Counted from the stretch's first letter, positions 8,538 through 17,863 are shown. The stretch is DNA of 18,930 nucleotides from Octopus sinensis (GCF_006345805.1 NW_021824331.1:1-18930); one strand, 5' to 3'. Notes: generated from the sequence alone by a model not told the origin. Program-made: numbers and translations.

Positions 8538-9355
8538 TGAAGATATACTCCTGCAGGAATGCTCTTGAAAGCATACTCCTGAAATTATACCCTGAAGGGT
8601 ATACTCCCGAAAGTATACTCCTGAAGGCATACACCTGAAAGGTATAGTTCAGAATCTACACTCCTGGCACTCCTGAAATTATATACTCTTGAAGGTATAC
8701 TCCTGAAAGTATACTCCAGAAGGCATATTCTTGAAAGAATACTCCAGAAATTATGCATTTTGAAGGCAAACACCTGAAGCCATACTCTTGAAAATTATCT
8801 TCTAAAGGCATACTCCCGAAGGTGAACTCCAGAAACTACACCCCTGAAATTATACTCTTGAAGATATACTCCTGAAATTATACTGCTGGCGGTATACGTC
8901 TGAATGCATACTCCTGGATGTATACACGTGAAATTGTACTCTTGAAGGTATACATCCGAAGGTATATTCTTGAGGGCATACACCTGAAGACATACATGTG
9001 AAAGTATATTCTAGTAGGTATACTCCCGAAGCTACACCCTTGAAGGTATACTCCTGAAGGCATATTCTTGAAGGTATAGACCTGAAATTATACTCCGAAG
9101 GCATACCCTTGAAAGTATACATCTGAAGGTATGTTTCTTAAGGTGTACTCCCGAATCTACACCCCTGAAATTATACTCCTGAAGGTATACGCCTGAATGC
9201 ATACTCCTGGATGTATACGCGTGAAATTATACTCTTGAAGATATACACCTGAAGGCATATTCATGAAGGTTTACTCCTTAAGGTATACTCCTAAAAGTAC
9301 ACTCTTGAACGTATACTACTGGAAGTATACTCCTGAAAGAATACTCCGGAAGGTG
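8538..9355. repeat. Diverged 14-bp minisatellite, ~58 units, consensus GTATACTCCTGAAG
   Basis: Recurrent TATACTCCTGAA variants at ~14-bp spacing. Overlapping minus-strand ORFs show the expected 14-aa periodicity (SGVYLQEYTF). Confidence 0.93.
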
Positions 9356-9446
9356 CTCGAAAAATAAGAGGTGTTAACCTTAGTTCACTGGTAGTGAACA
9401 GCTGACACTGTAGTACATCTCCAGCGTTAGAAGCTGTGCAAAGGCA

Positions 9447-9473
9447 ATGATAATAATAGTAGTAATAATAATG

Positions 9474-9527
<54 letters not shown>

Positions 9528-9629
9528 TGCCTGGTGTACCTTTATCAGACGAGTAGTCATGATGGGTATATTGGGCTTCGTATATTTTACCCCAGTGTCA
9601 CTTTGATGGCATGAACTGCTCTCTCACTC

Positions 9630-9670
<41 letters not shown>

Positions 9671-9692
9671 TAATAATAATAATAATAATAAT
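9447..9692. repeat. (AAT)n tract interrupted by a 103-bp insert
   Basis: AAT runs at 9447-9526 and 9630-9692. Confidence 0.95.
9527..9629 (+). mobile_element. Probable 5'-truncated 3' end of a (TAA)n-targeting non-LTR element (R4/Dong-like)
   Basis: A non-repetitive island between two (AAT)n runs, ending CTCTCTCACTC-AATAATAAT. Dong-type R4 elements are known to target TAA repeats. There is no coding sequence here, so the class is inferred. Confidence 0.45.
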
Positions 9693-9894
9693 CCACTCTA
9701 CTATAGGCACAAGCCCTGAAATTTTGGGAGAGGTGGGGCTAGTCGATTACATCGACCCCAGTGTTTCACAGGTACTTATTTTATCGAACTCGAAAGGGAT
9801 AAAAGGCAAAGTCGATCTCAGAACGCAAAGATGGACGAAATGCCACTAAGCATTTTGCCCGGCATGGGTAACTGTTTTGCCAGCTCACCGCCTT
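9693..9894 (-). mobile_element. SINE family 3, head to tail, B box deleted, inserted in (AAT)n
   Basis: The reverse complement starts AAGGCGGTGAGCTGGCAAAACAG and ends GGGCTTGTGCCTATAGTAGAGTGG-ATTATT. 16 nt including the B box are missing at ~9816 relative to the 6434-6669 copy. Confidence 0.88.
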
Positions 9895-9904
9895 AATAAT
9901 AATA

Positions 9905-9938
9905 ATGTTATTCTGGTGGTGGTGGTGGTGGTTGGTGA

Positions 9939-9984
<46 letters not shown>

Positions 9985-10875
9985 GTGGTGGCTGTATCAG
10001 TGGTTTAGTGCAATATTGTTTATGCAAAGCCAAAAGTGCACCGGAGAGAGAATGCAGTGGTGTTTCGCTTGTTGTTTTTTGTTGTTGTTTTATATCATCA
10101 CCATCGTCATCGTCGTCATCATCATCATCATCATCGTCATCATTACCACCACCGCCAACATCACTACCACGACCACCATCACTATCACCATCATTATTAT
10201 CCTCCTCATCATCATCACCATCAGCAGCAGCAGCAGCGGCAGCGGCATAAGCATCATCATTTTCGTTATCATCATCATCATCGTCACCGTCATCATCATC
10301 ATTCTCATAATCATCATACCATCAGTCATCATCATCGTCATCATCACCATCATCACCACCACCACCACCATGATCATCATCATCACCATCATTTTCCATC
10401 GTCATCGTTGTCCTCCTTTTCTTCCTCCTTCTCCTCTTCTTCCTCATCATATCATCATCACCATCATCATCGTCATCACCATCATCATCATCCTCATCAT
10501 CATCATCATCCCCATCTTCATTATTATTCTCGTCATGATCCTTATTATGATCTCCATCACCACCACCACCACCACCACCACTACAATCATGGTCACCATC
10601 CCCACCGCCACCACCACTGACTGCCACCATCACCGCCACCTCCCCACCCCACCCCCACCATCGCTCTCATAATCGTTGCACCATCATCGCCATCGCCACT
10701 ACAATCGTTATCATGCTCATCTTCATTATTTCCTGTTTGTCTTTCAACCACCCCACCCGCCACCCCTCCATCGCCTGTCGCCACCATTCCTCTCACCTCC
10801 TCATCTCTCCTTCGTCTGCATCACAACCACCACGACCACGACCACGACCTCCAACAACAACAACAATAACAGCAA
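9905..10875. repeat. (GGT)n/(GTT)n then (CAT)n/(CAC)n/(CCT)n compound microsatellite
   Basis: Triplet runs with short unique interruptions. It explains the His-, Ile- and Ser-rich ORFs. Confidence 0.92.
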
Positions 10876-10914
10876 CAACAACATCAGCGACTCGACATCG
10901 TACGGAAAAAATGT

Positions 10915-11252
10915 GGCAGAGAGAGAGAGTGGGGGACTGGGCAGAGAGAGAGGGGGGAAGTGAGAAAGAGAGGCAGAGACAGGGGAAGAGAGAGTGAATG
11001 AATGAGAGAATGAGTGAATGAGTGAGTGAATGAGGAAAGGGAGAAGGATTATAGGGAAGAGAGTGAAGAGGGAAAGATAGGGACAGAGTGAACGAAAGAG
11101 ATTGCAGGGTTAAAAGAGAGAGGAGAGAGAGAGAGAGAGAGAGAGTGAATGAACGAGTGAGTGAGGAAAGGGAGAAGGAATATAGGGAAGAGAGCAAAGA
11201 GGGAAAGATAGGGAGAGAGAGAGTGAACGAAAGAGATTGCAGGGTTAAAAGA

Positions 11253-11288
<36 letters not shown>

Positions 11289-11345
11289 CGGGGAAGAGAG
11301 AGAGATGGAGGGAGAGAGAGAGATGGAGGGAGAGAGAGAGAGATC
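10915..11345. repeat. (GA)n-rich tract with a 131-bp tandem duplication
   Basis: TGAGGAAAGGGAGAAGGA..GATTGCAGGGTTAAAAGA starts at both 11031 and 11162. Confidence 0.92.
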
Positions 11346-11894
11346 CTATGACAACATACGCTTCTAAAGTCCATTGCTTCCGAACAGCACGAAATCAATT
11401 GAGGAAAATGGCAATCATCTTCTGCCTGATCGAAGACTCTGGTCCCCTCCACCCCCCACCTCCACCTCCACCCCACACCCTCCACCTCCACCTCACACCC
11501 TCCACGCTATTCCACAGTTACTTAAACTAAACAAACATCATATATATATATATATACATATATGAATGAAAAAACAAAAACAATACACGAACGAAGGGAA
11601 TCCGAACCCTTACTCCCTCCTCCTCCTCCTCCTCCACCTATCCCCCTCGCGTACACGTGCCACCCGGACCTTCTCCTCCACCTCCTACCCTTAGTAGCAC
11701 TTCCTCCACTTCTTCCCCTTCTCTCTCTCGCTCTCCCCCGCTCTCCCCCAACCCTCAACCGCCATCCGGTTCAAACCGAATGACGAAACGGTCAAACTCA
11801 TCGTTAACTGTTATCGTCAGAGAGATCAGATGATGGAAGAACAGCAATCTTTAACAGTGGAAATGGCCTTATCGCTTCATACTAACGGCATCAT

Positions 11895-12775
11895 CGCCGC
11901 TGCACCCGCCGCTGCGGCCGCCACCATTGCTGCTGTCGCCGCCGCTGCTGCCGCCGCCATTGCAGTCGTCGTCGTCGTCGTCGTCGTCATCGTCGTCGTC
12001 GTCGTCGCAGCCGTCACCGCCATTGCCGACATTGCGGCAATCGCTCCCCCCACCGCACAAGCACCGCCATTGCCGTCGTCGGCATCGCCGCCACAGCAGA
12101 CGCCGTCACCACAAACGCCAAGTACTATCACCAACACCATTTCTGTCACCGCCACTACAACAACAATAACAACAACGGTCTCTACGATTACCACTACCAC
12201 CACCTCCACCACTACCACCAACATCACTACCATCTAAATACCATAATCATCGGCCCCAAACCCACAACCATCCGACCACCACCACCATCACCACCACTGA
12301 TATTGTTACTGTAACCACCATCGCTACCGCCATCTCTATCCACAACAACACCACCAACAACAACTTCGCTCTATAACCACCAGCACCGCCATCGCTACCT
12401 TACCATCAATACCGGCATCACCACCAAACCACCAACACCACCACCACTACCACCACCACCGCTACACAACCACTGCCACCACCAATCCTAACACGACCAC
12501 CAACACCACCGCCAGTACCACTGCTACCACCACAACCACCACCACCACAACCCTTGACGTCACAACTCCACCGCCACTTCCACAACCATCGACGGCACCG
12601 CTATCACCGCCACCTCTTGCTCCTACTCCCCCACCTTCGCCACGATCATCACTATAACCAGCGCCACAACAATAAACAAAAGAACCACCACCAACCACCA
12701 ACACCTCCACCACTACCACCACCGCCACCGCCACAGCCACCGCCACCAAGCCCTCGCCACCTTCACCACCCTAAT
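11895..12775. repeat. GCC/GTC then ACC/CAC degenerate triplet tract
   Basis: A GC- and CpG-rich first part (~11895-12120) grades into ACC/ACT repeats. Confidence 0.85.
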
Positions 12776-12904
12776 TGTTAATGTTTCTAAACTATGTTTT
12801 TACTCATCCCATCTTATCTGAGCCGTTTGTCTCCTTCCTTTGGAAACCACAACATCCACAGCGTTTATCTTCGTCGGTTGTACAGCGTTAAACGCTTAAA
12901 GATT

Positions 12905-13377
12905 GTGTATGTATGTATGTATGTATGTATGTATGTATGTATGTATGTGTGTATGTGTGTATGTATGTATGTATATATGTATGTATATATGTATTTATGT
13001 ATGTATGTATGAATGTACGTATGTATGTATGTATGTATGTATGTAGTATGTATGTATGTATGTATGTATGTCTGTATGCATGCATGTATGTATGTATGTA
13101 TGTATGTTATGTATGTATGTCTGTCTGTATGTATGTATGTATGTATGTATGTATGTATGTATGAACGTATGTATGAATGAATGTATGTATGTATGAATGT
13201 ATGTATGTATGTATGCATATGTGTATGTATGTATGTATGAACGTATGTATGAATGAATGTATGTATGTATGAATGTATGTATGTATGTATGCATATGTGT
13301 ATGTATGTATGTATGTATGTATGAATGAATGTATGTATATATGCATGTATATATATATATATTAATGTATGTATGTC
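12905..13377. repeat. (GTAT)n microsatellite with a 76-bp higher-order duplication
   Basis: ATGAACGTATGTATGAATGAATG.. starts at 13161 and 13237. Confidence 0.95.
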
Positions 13378-13909
13378 ATTATTCAGTTTTATTTCAAGAT
13401 TTCTTGCCAATAGATAAAGAACCGATGTCTAACCAAGATCCAAGGTTCCTTCATTGGAATTTCAACATCAACAACTGGGTATTTTTATATGTTTGTATGT
13501 ATGTATGTATGTATGTGTGCAGATTTGTATGTTTTGCTTTATGTATGTATTCTCATGCATATATTTGCATATCTAGACATGCTCATATATATTTAAGTGA
13601 TAAACTTCTAGAAAGTTTTACAGATCTTTACAGATTCTGTGATGGATTGGATCTGTAATCTTCGAATTAACTTTCTCGTTTCTGGTTTTGAGAAGCCTAA
13701 TTTCTCAAGATTGGTATTTAGGCAGTGTGTTACATATCCCAGGACCCCAATAATTACTGGCATCAGCCTGAACTTGTAATCTGGATAGAGTAACTGCAGA
13801 TTTCTCAATAGTTCAGCTAATTTCCTCAACTGTGCACAGTTTCTCTTCACTATCCCAAATCATATTATCAGGCCTGTTGTGCTTACATTTTATTGAGGTC
13901 TTCACTGGT
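13378..13909 (-). mobile_element. R4/Dong-clade (RLE-type) non-LTR retrotransposon 3' end, pseudogenised
   Basis: The minus strand translates VPVKTSIKCKHNRPDNMIWDSEEKLCTVEEIS, then in another frame AELLRNLQLLYPDYKFRLMPVIIGVLGYV..LGFS..IQSITESVKICKTF*KFIT*. This carries the HNRPD..E PD-(D/E)xK restriction-like endonuclease signature and GxLG motif. The probable original stop is at 13593-13595, and the 3' UTR ends AAATAAAACTGAATAAT. Confidence 0.88.
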
Positions 13910-14158
13910 ACGTATGTATGTATATATGTATGCATGCATATATGTGTGTATGTTGTATGTATGTCTGCATATATGTGTATGTTGTATGTATGCATGCATA
14001 TATGTGTGTATGTTGTATGTATGTCTGCATATATGTATGCATATATACACTCATGTATGTATACATACATGTATGTATGTATGTATGCATGTATGAATGT
14101 GTGTATATGTGTGTATCTTTGTATGTATATATTGTATGCATGTATTGTATATATATGT
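13910..14158. repeat. (GTAT)/(GT)/(TA) compound microsatellite with a 60-bp tandem duplication
   Basis: 13927-13976 is repeated at 13987-14036. Confidence 0.93.
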
Positions 14159-14541
14159 GGAGGCGCAATGGTCCAGTGGTTAGGGCAGCGGACTCGCGGT
14201 CATAAGATCGCGGTTTCGATTCCCAGACCGGGCGTTGTGAGTGTTTATTGAGCGAAAACACCTTAAAGCTCCACGAGGCTCCGGCAGGGGATGGTGGTGA
14301 TCCCTGCTGTACTCTTTCACCACAACTTTCTCTCACTCTTACTTCCTGTTTCTATGGTACCTGTATTTCAAGGGGCCGACCTTGTCATTCTCTGTGTCAC
14401 GCTGAATATCCCCGAGAACTACGTTAAGGGTGCACGTGTCTGTGGAGTGCTCAGCCACTTACACGTTAATTTCACGAGCAGGCTGTTCCGTTGATTCGGA
14501 TCAACCGGAACCCTCATCGTCGTAACCGACGGAGTGCTTCC
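14159..14541 (+). mobile_element. SINE family 2, full length, tail type B, with a 15-bp target-site duplication
   Basis: A box TGGTCCAGTGG (14169), anticodon-arm-like GCGGACTCGCGGTCA (tRNA-Arg-like) and B box GGTTTCGATTCC (14212). ATTGTATATATATGT is identical at 14144-14158 and 14542-14556. Confidence 0.93.
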
Positions 14542-14556
14542 ATTGTATATATATGT

Positions 14557-14688
14557 GTGTATGTATGTGTAGATGTGTGTCCATATATATGAATGTATGT
14601 ATGTGTATATGTATGTTTGTATGCACTTATGTATTCTCACTCCCTCTCTCTCTCTTACCCTCTCTATATATGGATATACATATATATG

Positions 14689-14720
<32 letters not shown>

Positions 14721-14767
14721 TATACGTACACACAGACACATATATATTTACATATATATGTGTATAC

Positions 14768-14817
<50 letters not shown>

Positions 14818-14905
14818 TATATACAAATAATAAATAAATAAAACATATGCATATATGAATCATATATGTACGTACCTACCTCTACATGTATATATACATG
14901 CATAT
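14557..14905. repeat. (GT)/(TA)/(CT) compound microsatellite
   Basis: The runs are directly visible. Confidence 0.93.
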
Positions 14906-15294
14906 ATGGGTACAGGACACCAAAATAAAAAAAACGTCGAACACAATGAGAACGAAAACATAAACAAAAACCAAGGAAATGGACATTTTTCTTAAACAAA
15001 CGAAAAAATAGAGTACAGGATATACCAAAACAAGGAAAATTCCTCTCTTCAGTCGCCTTTGTTTCATCTACTCCACGTTTCGAAGGTCAAGGCGATACAT
15101 GACTTTAATGAAAATTCCTTCCCGCGAAAATCGAATTAAAAAAAATTTGAATAGATTTTTTGCGGAGGGGTAAAATGGTAACGAAAAAAGGACAGTAACG
15201 ACAGTACAAAATATACACAGTAAAGACAGGACAAGGAGAATAACAGTAACACAAACAAGAAGGGCTGTTAAGCCGAACGAGATAAATACATATA

Positions 15295-15513
15295 TACTCT
15301 TTACTCTTTTATTAGTTTCAGTCATTTGACTGCGGCCATGCTGGAGCACCGCCTTTAATCGAGCAACTCGACCCTGGGACTTATTCTTTTGTAAGCCCAG
15401 TACTTATTCTATCGGTCCTCTTTTGCCGACCGCTAAGTAACGGGGACATAACACACCAGCATCGGTTGTCAAGCAATGCTAGGGGGACAAACACAGACAC
15501 GCAAACACACACA

Positions 15514-15573
<60 letters not shown>

Positions 15574-15722
15574 GACGGGCTTCTTTAGGTTTCCGTCTAC
15601 CAAATCCACTCACAAGGCTTTGGTCGGCCCGAGGCTATAGTAGAAGACACTTCCCCAAGGTGCCACGCAGTGGGACTGAACCCGGAACCATGTGGTTGGT
15701 AAACAAACTACTTACCACACAG
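15295..15722 (-). mobile_element. SINE family 1, near full length, missing the first ~13-14 nt
   Basis: The reverse complement matches 5133-5532 closely, including GGTTCAGTCCC, CORE-like ACCTTGGGGAAGTGTCTT, the internal (TA)n and the AAAGAGT tail. It retains the ~42-nt segment absent from the 5119 copy. Confidence 0.92.
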
Positions 15723-15920
15723 AAACATGAAAACACAAAGAGAAAACACAGCAACGCGAAGATGTGGAACAATTATAGTGTTATTGGACGCTCGGAAAAG
15801 GAAAGAAAGAAGGATTTAACGTTTAGAGCGGAACTCTTCGTCAGAAACATAGAAAAAGGAAAGATCCAAAGAAGGGAAGACGGAGAAAAAAAATCGCCAA
15901 CGGTATACACGCGGTCACAT
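15723..15920 (-). mobile_element. Probable Penelope-like element terminal-repeat fragment
   Basis: It contains a minimal hammerhead motif of the kind known from Penelope-like pseudo-LTRs. No RT or GIY-YIG coding sequence is seen, and the boundaries are approximate. Confidence 0.45.
15814..15848 (-). ncRNA. Minimal type I hammerhead ribozyme, degenerate (G12>U)
   Basis: Minus strand: GTTT-CTGACGA-A-GAGT-TCC-GCTC-TAAAC-GTT-AAAT. This gives stem I GUUU/AAAU, core CUGACGA, stem II GAGU/GCUC, (G>U)AAA, a palindromic ACGU helix III and cleavage triplet GUU. Confidence 0.6.
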
Positions 15921-15950
<30 letters not shown>

Positions 15951-15955
<5 letters not shown>

Positions 15956-16582
15956 GGTGCGTAAGGTATTTGAGGACATACCTCTTTGGGTTCATTGCTG
16001 AATTTTTTGCTAACTCTGTATAATCTTTGTTTCAGAAAATAATAATGGTAGGCAATCAGCTTACTCAAGAAATGAAGAGGCATGCTGTTATTGTGGTTAT
16101 AAAGGCTGAGCATAGCGATTTAGAAATATATCGATTTTTAAAGTTGCCAGGTCTTTCGTTTACAAAGTTAGAAAGGAGCTAGAGATTGAAGATGGAAACA
16201 TATCAACTGTATCAATGCATAAAAAACCTTTTAAAGGCTCTGAAATTATCAGAACACCTGAATTTATCCAGCAAGTTCAACAGACCATTGATTACAATCC
16301 CAGAAAGTCCATGAGGTCAATTGCAAAAGATCTCCATATGTCAGAAGGAACAGTCAGAAATGTTGCCCTCAATGACATTAGATATAAGTTTTATATGACG
16401 AGGAAAGGTCAATTGGTCAGAAAAAGCAAAAGAAAATCAGTGCATCAGATCTAAAAGGCCCTTAAAACAAATTGAAAAATCCAACAGAAGAAGATTTGAT
16501 TTGGTTTTCCTCAAGCGAATAAAACTTCAACCAAGATCAAAAAGTTAACAGAAGAAATGACAGATGGTTATGTGAGACCCTA
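15951..16582 (+). mobile_element. Tc1/mariner DNA transposon (DD37D/maT-like), 5' part, inactive
   Basis: From ATG 16045: MVGNQLTQEMKRHAVIVVIKAEHSDLEIYRFLK, frameshift, VARSFVYKVRKEL..PRKSMRSIAKDLHMSEGTVRN (HTH-like), then DLIWFSSSE*NFNQDQKVNRRNDRWLC, matching the FSDEK..N.QNDR motif of maT-type transposases. The likely left terminus is CAGAGGGTGCG at 15951. Confidence 0.85.
16045..16582 (+). pseudogene. Transposase pseudogene (DNA-binding domain and first catalytic motif)
   Basis: At least two frameshifts (~16140 and ~16415), an in-frame TAA, and the first catalytic Asp position reading Ser. The sequence stops before the second catalytic Asp. Confidence 0.8.
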
Positions 16583-16782
16583 ATTTCATCTCTATCCACA
16601 CTTCACAAGCCCCTCATCACTCGACCCCGCACCTTCGTAAATACTCTTTCAATATCCAACATCTCAGCAGAACAACCAAACGGTTTATGGCTTCGGGGTC
16701 GTATTTAGTATTTAGTTCAATATAAACTCCAGCCGAATTTAGGATTTCCACATTATTATATTGTTTATCCTTTTTATCAGTG

Positions 16783-17030
16783 ACTTGCTTCAGCCATTGG
16801 ACTGCGGCATGCTGGAGCACCGCCTTGAAGGATTTAGTCGAAGAAATCGACTCCAGGACTTATTCTTTCTAAGCCTGGTACTTATTCTATCGGTGTCTTT
16901 TATCGAACCGCTAAGTACAAGTACGAAAGCAAACTAATAACAGCTGTTAAGCCGTGGTGTTCGACAAACATAAGCACGAAACGCTACACGGACATAAATA
17001 CATACATAAAGACACACACACACACACACA
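16783..17030 (-). mobile_element. SINE family 1, diverged 3' half
   Basis: ACTTGCTTCAGCCATTGGACTGCGGCATGCTGGAGCACCGCCTT..CCAGGACTTATTCTTT..GTACTTATTCTATCGG..GAACCGCTAAGT matches 15310-15440 and ends in (CA)n. Confidence 0.85.
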
Positions 17031-17564
17031 GTTCTTTTTTGTAATGGCGTATCTCGAAGAACTTACATAAAGCTATAAAAAATAACATGTAAACATTGGG
17101 TTGCAAATATCTTTTTTGATATAAAAGCTTTATGTGTGTCATTCGTGATATTCCAAAATAGAATTATTTTTCGTTCTTTCGAAAGTCTAAAAGATTCTTA
17201 TGATGTCAACAAAATATATATACATTACAGGTTTCATTCAGTTTTCGTCAAACAAATCTGCTCACAAGGTTTTATCAGCCAGGGGGTCTATAATCGAAGA
17301 AACCTGCCAATGTTGTTTGCGAAGGAAGCTTCCTACCAAACAGTCACGTGTGCGGATGGTCTTTTCTTTTCCTCTCTTCTCCTTCGTATGATTTATCTCC
17401 CGTCGGTTTCAATAACTCTTACACATAGAGAGAGAAATTGAATGCCTCTACCACTGGTTTCGTAGATTGAGATTTTTTTTGTTTTGATGTTCGATTTAAT
17501 GCTTACTCGAATCTGTTTGCGCATCGTTTATATCGTTTTATGTTCTAATTCGATCTTCGACCTT

Positions 17565-17669
17565 GTCACTGTTGCTATTGCTGTTGTTGCTGTTGCTGCC
17601 TGTTTCTGTTGTTCTTCTTGTTGTTGCTGTAAGACTTGTTTACTTCTTAGCACTACTACCACTACCATC

Positions 17670-17700
<31 letters not shown>

Positions 17701-17702
17701 TA

Positions 17703-17741
<39 letters not shown>

Positions 17742-17777
17742 GTGTTGCTGCTGCTGCTGGTGCCTCTGGTGGTGGTG

Positions 17778-17863
<86 letters not shown>

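Noticed and set aside
9383-9399. Short perfect hairpins (GTTCACT-ggt-AGTGAAC; also TTTCGCA/TGCGAAA at ~4777 and AGCGTT/AACGCT at ~12885)
   Set aside because: Stems of 6-7 bp are expected by chance at this length, and bacterial-type terminators are irrelevant here.
8439-9560. Overlapping minus-strand ORFs with SGVYLQEYTF repeats
   Set aside because: All three frames give the same peptide because the 14-bp unit has no minus-strand stop, and each ORF is short and broken.
5119-14541. SINE heads as genuine tRNA genes
   Set aside because: They lack full cloverleaf pairing and a T-run terminator, and continue into SINE bodies and tails.
15030-15095. CGAAAC followed by CTGAAGA on the minus strand, a possible type II hammerhead
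   Set aside because: A 4-bp stem II and a GUA triplet can be drawn, but stem I does not pair.
16605-16639. Possible right terminal inverted repeat of the mariner-like element (reverse complement TACGAAGGTGCG versus left CAGAGGGTGCG)
   Set aside because: Only about 8 of 9 bases match in a short core and the rest aligns poorly. The family consensus is needed to decide.
17238-17370. TCQCC and, in another frame, VTCADG, reminiscent of a cystine-knot domain
   Set aside because: It needs a frameshift, the Cys spacing does not fit CxCC-x13-C, and there is no supporting donor.
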